A stretch of 63,829 nt of DNA, the filler included. It is 8 parts of 8 records of this genome, joined end to end, with 100 filler letters (N's around TTAATTAATTAA, not from the genome) between each part and the next. Parts side by side here need not be neighbours in the genome. Positions count along the whole stretch, not along the records: positions 30,862 to 38,811 come from SRR20825010_633; positions 38,912 to 47,735 come from SRR20825010_637; 6 more parts are not named here. One strand, written 5' to 3'. Below, one piece after another: positions 31,882-41,615 of this stretch. Within the stretch, counting starts at the first letter, position 1. Each line of letters starts with the position of its first letter. Below the pieces are notes generated by a model. That model had not been told where the DNA came from and ran no database searches. It saw only the letters and a program-made list of their open reading frames with translations. The position numbers were made by a program, and so were the translations under genes.

Positions 31882-32055
31882 TTAACTGGTGGGGTGATGG
31901 AGGCGTTCCATCTCGTCTTTCAGGTGGAGTTTTTTTCGTTTGATCGATGCGATCTCCTGGTCGCGGCTGGACGGCGAAGCCAATACGGTGTGAAGCTTCT
32001 TCTCGAGTTCGGAATGCTTTTCCTCAAGAGCGGCAAGATGAGTCTGAACTGTCAT
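31882..32055 (-). CDS. DUF465/YdcH family protein
   Basis: MTVQTHLAALEEKH..LE...IKRKKL.LKDE; GGAAGGA RBS. Confidence 0.85.
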   Translation of the reverse strand: MTVQTHLAALEEKHSELEKKLHTVLASPSSRDQEIASIKRKKLHLKDEMERLHHPTS

Positions 32056-32307
32056 TGCACACGTCCTTCCTTTGTTTGGCGCCGCCGGATGCGGCGTCTC
32101 GTCATCAAAGTGCAATATCAGCATGCCATGATCGAAGACGTTTGTCGAAGGCGGAAATGTGATTTTGTGGGGGCATTTTGTCCCGGTTCATCCAATGTCT
32201 CGGGCGCCTTGCTTTTCACCGAAAACGTTTGATGGTAGAGCGGGTTTCATCCGGAACGACGCATGGTCGGTCCGTGCCGCACTCGTCGAATATGTTGAAA
32301 CAATGGA

Positions 32308-32817
32308 ATGCCGATGAGCCCGATCAAGAATCCGCCTGTCGCCATCGTCATGGGGTCCCAGTCCGACTGGGAAACGATGAAGAACACCGCCGACATTCTC
32401 GATATCCTCGACATCGATTACGATGCGCGGATCGTGTCGGCCCACCGCACGCCGGACCGGATGTATGAATTCGCCCGCAGCGCCCGCGCCGAGGGCTTTC
32501 AGATCATCATCGCAGGCGCTGGCGGGGCTGCCCATCTGCCGGGCATGATGGCGGCGCTGACGCCGCTGCCGGTGTTCGGCGTGCCGGTGCAGTCGCGCGC
32601 GCTGTCCGGTCAGGACAGCCTTCTGTCGATCGTGCAGATGCCGGCCGGCATTCCCGTCGGAACGCTCGCCATCGGCAAGGCCGGCGCGGTCAATGCAGCA
32701 CTTCTGGCCGCCGCGGTTCTGGCGCTCGCCGATCCCGAACTTGCGGGCAGGCTGGACGAATACCGCGTACGCCAGGCGGCAAGCGTTGCCGAATATCCCA
32801 TCGACAAGGACGAATGA
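32308..32817 (+). CDS. purE: N5-CAIR mutase
   Basis: [30 protein letters not shown]. Confidence 0.97.
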   Translation: MPMSPIKNPPVAIVMGSQSDWETMKNTADILDILDIDYDARIVSAHRTPDRMYEFARSARAEGFQIIIAGAGGAAHLPGMMAALTPLPVFGVPVQSRALSGQDSLLSIVQMPAGIPVGTLAIGKAGAVNAALLAAAVLALADPELAGRLDEYRVRQAASVAEYPIDKDE

Positions 32818-33887
32818 GTTCAATGAAAACCATTGGTATCATCGGCGGCGGCCAGCTTGGCCGCATGCTGGCCATGGCTGCCGCCCGGCTTTCGATCCGC
32901 ACCGTCATCCTGGAGCCGCAGGCGGATTGCCCGGCCGCCCAGGTGGCGGGCCGCCAAATCGTCGCCGCCTATGATGACGCGGCAGCGCTTGCCGAGCTTG
33001 CGAGCGTTTGCGAGACGATCACCTATGAATTCGAAAACGTGCCGGAAAAGAGTGCGGCACTTCTCTCCGCCGAACGGCCCGTCTATCCCCCGGCCCGGGC
33101 GCTTTCCGTGTCGCAGGACCGTCTGAGCGAAAAGACGTTCCTCAACGACAGCGGCATCGCGACCGCCGGGTTTCGCGCGGTCGATACCTTCGCTGACCTT
33201 GCGAACGCGCTGGAGGCATTCGGGGGGCGGGGCGTGCTGAAGACCCGCCGCTTTGGCTATGACGGCAAGGGGCAGTGGGTGTTTGCCGGGACGGACAACG
33301 ACCCGGAGGCCGCTTTCGCAGCCCTTCAGGGCGCGCCCGCGATCTTCGAGGAGTGGATCGATTTCGACCGGGAAATCTCGGTGATCGCCGCGCGCGGCAT
33401 GGACGGAACGATCGTCTGTTTCGATCCGGCCGAGAATGTCCACAGCGACGGCATCTTGCGGACATCCAGCGTGCCGGCCAATGTCTCCGTAGATATCAGC
33501 AAAGCTGCCCGCGAGGCGGCCGAACGGCTCCTGATCGGGCTCGACTATGTCGGCGTACTGGGGCTGGAACTGTTCGTTGCCCGTGATGGCAGGCTGATTG
33601 CCAATGAATTTGCCCCGCGCGTCCACAATTCCGGCCACTGGACCGAAGCGGCCTGCGTGATCTCGCAGTTCGAGCAGCACATCCGCGCCATCTGTGGCCT
33701 GCCGCTGATCGATCCCGTACGCCACAGCGATTGCGTGATGCACAATATCATCGGCGACGATATGGAGCGGATTCCGGCGTGGATGGCGACCCCCGGCGCG
33801 CTGGTTCATCTCTACGGCAAGGCCGAAACGCGGGCGGGGCGAAAAATGGGCCATGTCACTGTTGTTGAAAGACGTCGCGACGGTTGA
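32814..33887 (+). CDS. purK: N5-CAIR synthetase
   Basis: [38 protein letters not shown]. Confidence 0.96.
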   Translation: MSSMKTIGIIGGGQLGRMLAMAAARLSIRTVILEPQADCPAAQVAGRQIVAAYDDAAALAELASVCETITYEFENVPEKSAALLSAERPVYPPARALSVSQDRLSEKTFLNDSGIATAGFRAVDTFADLANALEAFGGRGVLKTRRFGYDGKGQWVFAGTDNDPEAAFAALQGAPAIFEEWIDFDREISVIAARGMDGTIVCFDPAENVHSDGILRTSSVPANVSVDISKAAREAAERLLIGLDYVGVLGLELFVARDGRLIANEFAPRVHNSGHWTEAACVISQFEQHIRAICGLPLIDPVRHSDCVMHNIIGDDMERIPAWMATPGALVHLYGKAETRAGRKMGHVTVVERRRDG

Positions 33888-34015
33888 CTTGGCGGCGATC
33901 ATTCGCTAGGTAGCGGCCACAGTCGGGCGCGCTTTTTTTGAGGCGCGCCTTTGAATATCAATACTGACCGCCTTTACTGATCAGTCGAGAGCGGCACAAA
34001 CAGCGGATCGAAAAC

Positions 34016-34141
34016 ATGAAGATCAAGAATTCGCTCAAGGCGCTCAAGTCCCGTCACCGGGAAAACCGTCTGGTGCGCCGCAAGGGCCGGGTATACATCA
34101 TCAACAAGCAGAATCCGCGCTTCAAGGCCCGTCAGGGCTGA
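34016..34141 (+). CDS. rpmJ: 50S ribosomal protein L36, zinc-independent type (absent from the ORF track)
   Basis: translates [41 protein letters not shown]. Confidence 0.95.
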   Translation: MKIKNSLKALKSRHRENRLVRRKGRVYIINKQNPRFKARQG

Positions 34142-34197
34142 GACCATCAGCGCAATAACTGTTTGACCTTTTGCCATGACGGGATACCATTCCCGTC

Positions 34198-34803
34198 ATG
34201 CGCTTTTTCATGTCTGCCATTCTGATCACTTTGTTTCTTGCCGCAGCCGCGCCGCTGCCGGCCTTTGCAGAGGCGCGTGCCGCAGGTGAGCAGGTTTCCA
34301 CGATCCCGGAGGCGGCGAGCGAGGCCGATCCGCTGGACAGGCTGTACCAGCGGCTGAAACGCACCCGCGATGCCGGAAGGGCGGCCGACCTTGCCCGACA
34401 GATCGACGAATATCTCGACCGCTCGCCGAGCCCCACGGTCTCGCTTCTGATCGAATGGTCGGATGATTCGGAGAATAACGGCCGCACCGCCGCAGCGCTT
34501 GATTTCCTGTCGGAGGCGATTGCGCTGAGGCCCGACGAGGCGGCACCCTACCGAAAGCGCGCGGTCCTGCACTATACCCATGGCGATATCGAGCGGGCCA
34601 TGGATGATATCCGCACCTCGCTGTCATTCGAGCCGCGCGATTTCGGCGCGCTCGGGCTGATGGCGACGATACTCGACAGGACCGGCCGGGAACAGGCGGC
34701 GGTTGAGGTGTGGCGGCGCTATCTGGAATTCTATCCCGCAGATCGCGATGTCGCATCCTTCGTCGAGCGCACCGAGAATGCCCGGGCGGGCAAGCGGATC
34801 TGA
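34198..34803 (+). CDS. secreted TPR protein
   Basis: signal peptide; TPR-like AIALRPD..Y.KRA, L.FEPR.FGAL. Confidence 0.8.
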   Translation: MRFFMSAILITLFLAAAAPLPAFAEARAAGEQVSTIPEAASEADPLDRLYQRLKRTRDAGRAADLARQIDEYLDRSPSPTVSLLIEWSDDSENNGRTAAALDFLSEAIALRPDEAAPYRKRAVLHYTHGDIERAMDDIRTSLSFEPRDFGALGLMATILDRTGREQAAVEVWRRYLEFYPADRDVASFVERTENARAGKRI

Positions 34804-34817
34804 GCCTTTCCAGCCGT

Positions 34818-35021
34818 TCAGAGATGCATGACGTGGCGCAGCACCCGGTAGACGAGGTGAAGCGCGAGCAGGGCAGCGCCGGCGGCGATTGCCAGATGGG
34901 CAAGCGGGGTCAGCAGGCTGCCCTCGATCGTGCCGGCAACGTCGCGGTAGTTATAGAGTATGATGCGAATGGTGAGGCCCGCAAGCCCGACCACCACCAG
35001 CACGAGGCCGGCAAGTTTCAT
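34818..35021 (-). CDS. small two-TM hypothetical protein
   Basis: AGGAG RBS; two hydrophobic segments. Confidence 0.5.
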   Translation of the reverse strand: MKLAGLVLVVVGLAGLTIRIILYNYRDVAGTIEGSLLTPLAHLAIAAGAALLALHLVYRVLRHVMHL

Positions 35022-35174
35022 GATCCGATCTCCTGTCGCAAAAAGGGGAGAGATCGGTCTTTCAAGGGCGGTATCGCCGCAATTTTCGTGACAAAAGACC
35101 GAGATGGCGAGGCGACCCTCAAGCCGCCTCTTTCAATTGTTTATAAAATGCTTTTGTGGCGATTTGAGGTCGGT

Positions 35175-36131
35175 TTAGTTTTCCTGCGATAGCGAAACCG
35201 AGATCGCATCGACCGCCGGGGCTTCGGAGATCAGACCGCTTTCAGCCATGAATGCGCCGAAACGTTCGTATCGTTCGCTATCGGCGGCGGCAGGGCGCTT
35301 GGCAAAGCGGGCGATCGTGTCGGCGAAGGCTTGCCGGTTCAGGTCGTCGTCGAGATCGGGATAGGCCCTGGCAAAGCTGTTCCACGCCTCTTCCGGGTGG
35401 TTGGTGATGAAAATCGTCGCCTTTTCAACCGCGTCGAGGAAGCGCGGCAGCCGGTCGTCGCCGAGAAGCGCGCTGCGGGTCACGTAGATCAGCTCGTCAT
35501 AGACCGGCACGCCGTGCTCCTCGGGGAAGAAGGCGCGGCCGTCCTCGCCCTCGATGCGCATCTGGGTCAGTTCGAAATTGCGGAACGCCCCGATGGTTGC
35601 GTCGACCTGCCCGGAAAGCAGCGACTGGGTGAGCGCGAAATTGACGTTGAAGAGGGTGATGTCATCCTTGGCAAGGCCCGCGCTCTTCAGCATTGCGGCG
35701 ACCACTGCGTCTTCGATGCCCGCGACCGAAAAGCCGATTTTCTTGCCCTTGAGGTCGGCAACGGTCTTGATCGGCCCGTCCGCAAGCACCGTCAACGTGT
35801 TGAGCGGGGTCGAGACGAGCGTGCCGAATCGGACGATATCGATGCCGGCCTCATGGTCGAGGTAGAGGTTGGGCTGGTAGTGAATGCCGATATCGGCTTT
35901 GCCGGCCGCCACCATGCGCGGTACCATCGAAGGGTCGGCCGGCGGCACCAGTTCGACATCGAGCCCCTGCTCGGCGAAATAACCGTTCTCGGCGGCAATC
36001 ACCAGCGGCGCGTGGTCGGGGTTCACATACCATTCGAGGATCACATCGAGTTTGTCGGCGGCGCTTGCCAGCCCCGGCGCAAGACCCTGTGCAAGGGCAA
36101 GGGCTGCGGTGAGCGCGAATGTCTTGAGCAT
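35175..36131 (-). CDS. thiY: ThiY/NMT1-THI5-like ABC substrate-binding protein (HMP/thiamine precursor)
   Basis: LEWYVNPDHAP, GAFRNFE, GVPVYDELI; lies under a TPP riboswitch. Confidence 0.85.
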   Translation of the reverse strand: MLKTFALTAALALAQGLAPGLASAADKLDVILEWYVNPDHAPLVIAAENGYFAEQGLDVELVPPADPSMVPRMVAAGKADIGIHYQPNLYLDHEAGIDIVRFGTLVSTPLNTLTVLADGPIKTVADLKGKKIGFSVAGIEDAVVAAMLKSAGLAKDDITLFNVNFALTQSLLSGQVDATIGAFRNFELTQMRIEGEDGRAFFPEEHGVPVYDELIYVTRSALLGDDRLPRFLDAVEKATIFITNHPEEAWNSFARAYPDLDDDLNRQAFADTIARFAKRPAAADSERYERFGAFMAESGLISEAPAVDAISVSLSQEN

Positions 36132-36161
36132 GTCATTCTCCTGTATAGTGGAGCCGGCCGC

Positions 36162-36935
36162 TCAATCTTCATGCGACCAGCGGGTGAAGAAGGGGGCGGC
36201 GAGATCCACCGCCTTTCGAAACAGCACGGCCTCAAGGGCCAGAATCAGCATGGCGGCGAACACGGTCTCGCTCTGCATCCGGGCATTGGCCTGGATCATG
36301 AGAAAGCCGAGCCCGCCGGCGGAGCCCACCCATTCGCCGACGACGGCGCCAAGCGGGGCAAGCGGGGCCGCGATCCTGAGGCCGGAAAACAGATGCGGCA
36401 TGGCCAGCGGCAGGCGGATGTAACGCAGCATCTCGAAATGCCCGGCGCCATCGAGCCTTGCCGCGGCCACCACTTCCGGGTCGGTGCGGCGCAGCCCGTC
36501 GGCGAAACTGGAGGCGACGGGAAAGAACACGATGATCGTCGTCATCACCACCTTGGAGGCGATGCCGAAGCCGAACCAGAGCACCAGCATCGGCGCGATC
36601 ACGAACACGGGGAAGGATTGCAGCACCACCAGAACCGGCCAGATGAACCGGCCGATCCGGGGGAAGGCCGATATGAAAATGGCCGCCGCCGCGCCGAAGA
36701 CAGCGCCGATCGCAAAGCCCGCCACTATTTCCTTGAGCGTCACCAGCGCTTGCTCAAGCAGCATGGCATGGGCGGTCTGGAACTTCGCCAGCACGGCAAG
36801 CGGCGGCGGCAGGATGTAACGCGGCAGGTCGCCAAGATCGATGATCGCCTGCCAGAGGGCAAGGAGGCCGATCGTGATTGTCAGGAAGGCGAGAACAGCC
36901 GAAAGGGTACGCTTCAATCCCGCTCTCCCCGGCAT
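36162..36935 (-). CDS. thiX: ABC permease (ThiX/SsuC-like)
   Basis: YILPPP, P.F.IAP.LV.WFGFG..SK, GAVVGEWVG; exact start uncertain. Confidence 0.82.
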   Translation of the reverse strand: MPGRAGLKRTLSAVLAFLTITIGLLALWQAIIDLGDLPRYILPPPLAVLAKFQTAHAMLLEQALVTLKEIVAGFAIGAVFGAAAAIFISAFPRIGRFIWPVLVVLQSFPVFVIAPMLVLWFGFGIASKVVMTTIIVFFPVASSFADGLRRTDPEVVAAARLDGAGHFEMLRYIRLPLAMPHLFSGLRIAAPLAPLGAVVGEWVGSAGGLGFLMIQANARMQSETVFAAMLILALEAVLFRKAVDLAAPFFTRWSHED

Positions 36936-36993
36936 GGCCGGGCAGCGGAGGCGTCAATAGAGGCTGATTTTCTGGGCGTGTCGCTCAAGACCA

Positions 36994-37086
36994 AACTCCG
37001 TTCCTACGCCGGCATAACCCGGATCAGGTTCAAGGGTTCGGCCATCGGCCATCTCAGTGTCTTCAAGACACACCCCTCGGATGCGC
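36994..37086 (-). ncRNA. TPP riboswitch
   Basis: minus strand AGGGGTG...CTGAGA...ACCCTTGAACCTGATCCGGGTTATGCCGGCGTAGGAA. Confidence 0.93.
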
Positions 37087-37307
37087 CATCTATGCCGTGC
37101 GCCGGCGCGCTGGTCAAGAGGCTCGGCGGCATAGGCGGAAGTGCCCGCTAATATACCGACCAAAACCCGAAAGGATTTGACAAGGAGGGCAGTTTCGATT
37201 TTCAACTTGTGGTTCAAGGCCCCCTGCGGTTTTCAGCTGCGGTTCACGGACGGGGCCATAAGAGGGGCGGCGGCAGCAGCAACTGCCGTTCAAGGGGAGG
37301 GAACTTG

Positions 37308-38636
37308 ATGTTAATCGCCATCGTCATTGTGGCTGCGCTGTTCGGCATGCTCTTCGGTTTCGACCAGGGCGTGATTTCCGGCGCGTTGCCGTTCATCAAG
37401 CAGGATTTCACGGTCTCGGCCTTCATGGAGGGGGTGATCACCTCGGCCGTGCCGCTCGGCGCGGTGGCGGGCACCCTCCTTGCCATGGTCACCACCGACC
37501 GCTACGGGCGCAAGCCGATGCTGATATTGGGGGCGATCATCTTTCTGGTCGGCTCGCTGATTTCGGCGCTTGCCTTCAACCAGTATGTGCTGACCCTTGC
37601 CCGCCTGTTGATCGGCGTCGGCATCGGCGCCTCGGCGATGACGGCGCCGATGTTTCTGGCCGAAGTCGCGCCGGCGCGCATTCGCGGCACCATTGTCTCG
37701 GCCTTCCAGTTGATGATCACCATCGGCATCATGGTCTCCTACATGTCGGACGCGGCCTTCGGCGGATCGGGCGACTGGCGCTGGATGATCGGCGTCGGCG
37801 TGTTTCCGTCGATCGTGGCGCTGGTCGGCATCCTGCTGTCGCCGGAAACGCCGCGCTGGCTGACGCTGAATTCCAATGCCGACAAGGCGCGCGAGATCAT
37901 TGCAAAGTTGCAGCCGGAATCATCGCCGGCCGAGGTCGACCAGATCATTTCCGAAATCCAGGAAAGTGCGAAAGACCAGGAGGCAACGCCGGCCTGGAGC
38001 ACTTTCCTGAAGCGCGGCATTCTGCCGGTGACGAGTTTCGCCATGATCGTGTTTGTGCTGCAGCAGCTTTCCGGCATCAACGCGATCATCTATTACGCCC
38101 CGGAGATCTTCAAGAATGCCGGCTTTTCCGGCACCACCACCGATCTCCTGGCAACGGTTGGCATCGGCGTCGTCAATGTCGCGCTCACCATTGTGGCGAT
38201 GTATCTGGTGGAAAGCATGGGGCGGCGCAAGCTCCTGATCCTCGGCTTCATCGGAACGGCGCTGTCAATGGCGCTGGTGACCGGGGCGACGATGGCGGAT
38301 GTCGCGGCCACGCCCTATCTCGCGCTGATCGGCATCTTCACCTTCATCGCCTTCTTCGCTGTCAGCCTCGGCCCGTTGCCCTGGCTTTACATGGCGGAAC
38401 TGTTTCCGCTCCGGCTGCGACCGCGCGGCATGGCGCTTGCCTCGGTTGCCAACTGGTTCTTCAACTTCCTGGTGGCGCTGACGTTTCCGGAGCTGCTGGC
38501 TGGCATCGGCATCGTCGGAACCTTCGCGATCTTCACCTTCTTCTGCGTCGTCGGCATCATCTACGCGATCGCCGCAGCGCCGGAGACCAAGGGCATCACG
38601 CTCGAGGAGATCGAGGCGCGCACCATCGCCGCCTGA
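37308..38636 (+). CDS. MFS sugar porter (SP family)
   Basis: FGFDQGVISG, DRYGRK, E.AP..RG, PETPRWL, QQLSGIN, PETKG.TLEEI. Confidence 0.93.
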   Translation: MLIAIVIVAALFGMLFGFDQGVISGALPFIKQDFTVSAFMEGVITSAVPLGAVAGTLLAMVTTDRYGRKPMLILGAIIFLVGSLISALAFNQYVLTLARLLIGVGIGASAMTAPMFLAEVAPARIRGTIVSAFQLMITIGIMVSYMSDAAFGGSGDWRWMIGVGVFPSIVALVGILLSPETPRWLTLNSNADKAREIIAKLQPESSPAEVDQIISEIQESAKDQEATPAWSTFLKRGILPVTSFAMIVFVLQQLSGINAIIYYAPEIFKNAGFSGTTTDLLATVGIGVVNVALTIVAMYLVESMGRRKLLILGFIGTALSMALVTGATMADVAATPYLALIGIFTFIAFFAVSLGPLPWLYMAELFPLRLRPRGMALASVANWFFNFLVALTFPELLAGIGIVGTFAIFTFFCVVGIIYAIAAAPETKGITLEEIEARTIAA

Positions 38637-38695
38637 GAGCCGCACCGGAAGACTTTTCCGGCCCCCGGCCGGGGTGAGACGGCTGACAAACTCTG

Positions 38696-38811
38696 CCGTC
38701 ATCCCGGCCTTGAGCAGGGATCCAGCGCGCGCAAGTCTTTGCGCGCAAAAGACTCTTTTTCATGAGGACGCACAAGTGGCCCTGGACCCCGGCTCAAGGC
38801 CGGGGTGACGG
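38696..38811. repeat. alphaproteobacterial REP-like element (inverted pair)
   Basis: 29-bp inverted repeats at 38696-38724 and 38783-38811 with 3 mismatches (CCGTCA[T/C]CCCGGCCTTGAGC[A/C]GGG[A/G]TCCA). Confidence 0.8.
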
Positions 38812-38911
38812 NNNNNNNNNNNNNNNNNNNNNNNNNNNNNNNNNNNNNNNNNNNNTTAATTAATTAANNNNNNNNNNNNNNNNNNNNNNNNNNNNNNNNN
38901 NNNNNNNNNNN
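38812..38911. other. artificial contig spacer
   Basis: same linker. Confidence 0.99.
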
Positions 38912-39064
38912 GTGCTGCACTGTGCTTAGCGATATGCCCAGCTGGTTGGCCACCCCGCGCATGCTTAAACCCGCATAACCCTCGCTGGCCAGAATAAGCT
39001 GGGCCGTTTTCAGGATTTCCTGCGTGCGTATTTGACCTTTGTCGGTGGTGGTGTGTGCGCTCAT
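38912..39064 (-). CDS. TetR-family regulator, N-terminal HTH only (truncated)
   Basis: IL.TA..IL..EGYAGLSMRGVANQLGISLSTVQH. Confidence 0.85.
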
Positions 39065-39109
39065 GCCCGTACTTTAACCCAAATATTGCCCTGAATATGG
39101 ATCTCATTG

Positions 39110-39168
39110 TTGACAACTAGGTCACCTGACCTATAATCGATTCACTGCACATTCGGTCATTTGACCTA
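39110..39168 (+). promoter_or_regulatory. consensus sigma70 promoter with two palindromic operators
   Basis: TTGACA 39110-39115, 16-bp spacer, TATAAT 39132-39137; TAGGTCA-CC-TGACCTA 39118-39133 and TCGGTCA-TT-TGACCTA 39153-39168. Confidence 0.8.
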
Positions 39169-39192
39169 TAACTTTAAAAGCGTGAAGAGACC

Positions 39193-40335
39193 ATGAGATA
39201 CCCCAAGCCCAACTGGATGAATTCCGACCTTGAACTGTACCGTTCCAATCTTCGCCGTTTCGTTGAAACCGAGATAAAGCCCAACCAGCAAAAGTGGGCC
39301 AAGCAGCAACATGTGGACCGTGAACTTTGGCTGAAAGCGGGTGAAATGGGTTTGTTGTCAGCCGATATTCCGGAGGAATACGGCGGCGCGGGCGGCGACT
39401 TCACGCACATGGCGGTGCTGTTTGAGGAACTGGCCTACAGTGGCGACCGTTCGTTTGGCGTGCATGTGCATGCCATTGCCGCACAGTACATTTTGAACCA
39501 TGGCACGGAAGAGCAGAAACAGTACTTCCTCCCCAAAATGGCCAGTGGCGAGATGATTGGTGCAATTGCAATGAGCGAACCAGGCGCGGGTTCCGATTTG
39601 CAGGGCATTCGCACAAGCGCTGTGAAAGACGGAAGCCATTATGTGGTCAACGGGTCGAAGATTTTTATTTCCAACGGTTACCTGGCCGATGTGATTATTC
39701 TGGTCACCAAAACTGACCCCAATGCGGGTGCCAAGGGTGTCACTTTGATGCTGCTTGAAACCAAAAATGCTGAGGGGTTCAAGGTCGGGCGAATTCTCGA
39801 AAAACTGGGTCAAAAGGGGCAAGACACCTGCGAGCTGTTTTTTGACAATGTGCGTATTCCAGCCCAAAACGTGTTGGGTGCAGAAGGCACAGGCTTCATG
39901 CAATTGATGGTGGAATTGCCCTACGAGCGTTTGATGCTGGGTGTAGGGGCCATGGCGACCATTGAAATGGCGATTGAAATTACCCTGGAATACACCAAAG
40001 AACGCAAGGCGTTTGGCAAAACAATTTTCGAGTTCCAGAACACGCGTTTCAAGCTGGCAGAACTGAAGGCGCAGGCAGTGGTGGCCCGTGCATTCATTGA
40101 CAACTCGATCGAAAAACTGGTGGCCGGAAAACTGGATGCGGCCACAGCATCGATTGCCAAGTTGCACCTTAGTGAACTTGAATGCAAGGTGATCGACGAG
40201 TGCCTGCAATTCTTCGGCGGCTATGGTTACATGATGGAATACCCGATTGCGCAAATGTACGCAGATGCACGCGTGCAGCGCATTTACGGTGGTTCCAGTG
40301 AAATCATGAAGGAAATTATTGCCCGGTCACTGTGA
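39193..40335 (+). CDS. acyl-CoA dehydrogenase
   Basis: AMSEPGAGSD, NGSKIFISNG, R.AFG, GGYGYM.EY, IYGGSSEIM. Confidence 0.95.
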   Translation: MRYPKPNWMNSDLELYRSNLRRFVETEIKPNQQKWAKQQHVDRELWLKAGEMGLLSADIPEEYGGAGGDFTHMAVLFEELAYSGDRSFGVHVHAIAAQYILNHGTEEQKQYFLPKMASGEMIGAIAMSEPGAGSDLQGIRTSAVKDGSHYVVNGSKIFISNGYLADVIILVTKTDPNAGAKGVTLMLLETKNAEGFKVGRILEKLGQKGQDTCELFFDNVRIPAQNVLGAEGTGFMQLMVELPYERLMLGVGAMATIEMAIEITLEYTKERKAFGKTIFEFQNTRFKLAELKAQAVVARAFIDNSIEKLVAGKLDAATASIAKLHLSELECKVIDECLQFFGGYGYMMEYPIAQMYADARVQRIYGGSSEIMKEIIARSL

Positions 40336-40373
40336 TCAATACCCGGAATGGATCAATGGATTTGTTCCGGGTG

Positions 40374-41183
40374 CTACAGGTTTTTGAATACCATCAGGGC
40401 AGACACCACCAGGCACATCACACCAAATGCTTTTTTAAGATGTGTACCGGGCATTTTGCTGGATATCAAGCGCCCGCCCAACATGCCGGCAAGCGCAGCC
40501 GCAGAAAATGTAATTCCAATTTCGTAGTTGAAGGCCCCGGCACTGGCACTGTTCAAAACCCCGAATGTTGAAACAATGGCGATCACGGCCAGCGAAGTAA
40601 CCGTGACCGATTGCACGGTTAAATCGGTAAAACGTTGAAGTGCCGGCACCAGTACAAACCCGCCACCCACGCCCAGTAAACCTGACAAAAAACCAGCCAC
40701 TGCGCCAGAAAACATTAACGCGCGTGCACACGGAATGGTCCATATAAAGCGACCCGTTGCCGGGTTTCGAATGCAAGGGCAATCGCTTTTTTTGCTGCTG
40801 GGTGGTGCATCAATTACATTCATGTCGGTATTGGCGCTACCCCGGAATGCATTGAAGGCGACCCACAGCAAAACCACCGAGAATGCCAGCCCAAGAATTC
40901 GGGTGTCTACCTGTTGCGCCACCCAAAAGCCCAAGGGTGAAAACAACAACCCGACGAAGCCCATCAGCATGGCCGCTTTGTATCGCACCTCGCCAGCACG
41001 CAAGCCCAATGCGGCACCCAATGTGGCGGCAAGGCCCACTGCCAGCAAGCCAATCGGTGAAACCTGCTGAACCGTCAAGCCCGTGGTGAATACCAGCAAT
41101 GGAACTGCCAACACGCCACCACCGGCGCCGGTCAACGCCATGACCAAGCCGACCAGAAGACCTAGCGCGGCAGTACCCATCAC
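40374..41183 (-). CDS. TauE/SafE sulfite exporter
   Basis: duplicated G.GGG...VP motifs, multiple TMs; GTGA overlap with the ArsR stop. Confidence 0.87.
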   Translation of the reverse strand: MMGTAALGLLVGLVMALTGAGGGVLAVPLLVFTTGLTVQQVSPIGLLAVGLAATLGAALGLRAGEVRYKAAMLMGFVGLLFSPLGFWVAQQVDTRILGLAFSVVLLWVAFNAFRGSANTDMNVIDAPPSSKKSDCPCIRNPATGRFIWTIPCARALMFSGAVAGFLSGLLGVGGGFVLVPALQRFTDLTVQSVTVTSLAVIAIVSTFGVLNSASAGAFNYEIGITFSAAALAGMLGGRLISSKMPGTHLKKAFGVMCLVVSALMVFKNL

Positions 41184-41530
41184 GATGGCTGCACTGTGTT
41201 TTGCAGTGCGGCGGGTGAGCAAAAATGCTCGTACAGCACTTCCATTACTGCCAAGGCAACTTCACTTTGAATTCGGTAATACACGTGTTTGCCGTCTTTT
41301 CTCGTGGTTACCAACTCTTCTTCCCTCAGCACGCCCAACTGTTGCGACAGCGTGGGTTGCCTGATACCGGTCAGCGTTTCCAGTTCATGAACACTTCTTT
41401 CGCCTTGCGCAAGTTGGCAAAGCAGCAATAGGCGTGCCGGGTTTCCAAGCGCACGCAGGAAACGGGTGGCTTTCGCAGAGGCCAACTGAAGGCGAAGTAA
41501 TTCATTGGTGGTGTTCATGGATATTCTCAA
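41180..41530 (-). CDS. ArsR/SmtB regulator, BigR/SqrR-like
   Basis: L.AL.NP.RL.LLCQL..GE, QPTLSQQL, C-terminal LYEHFC (two-Cys pattern). Confidence 0.85.
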   Translation of the reverse strand: MRISMNTTNELLRLQLASAKATRFLRALGNPARLLLLCQLAQGERSVHELETLTGIRQPTLSQQLGVLREEELVTTRKDGKHVYYRIQSEVALAVMEVLYEHFCSPAALQNTVQPS

Positions 41531-41615
41531 TTGAATGCTTTACAAGTAATATATAAAAACATAAACTATTTTTCAATAGTTTGATGTAATTTAAGGCTTC
41601 AAGTATGGGTTCGCA

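Noticed and set aside
35331-37151. 606-aa plus-strand ORF
   Set aside because: Antisense to thiX/thiY and the TPP riboswitch; no recognisable motifs
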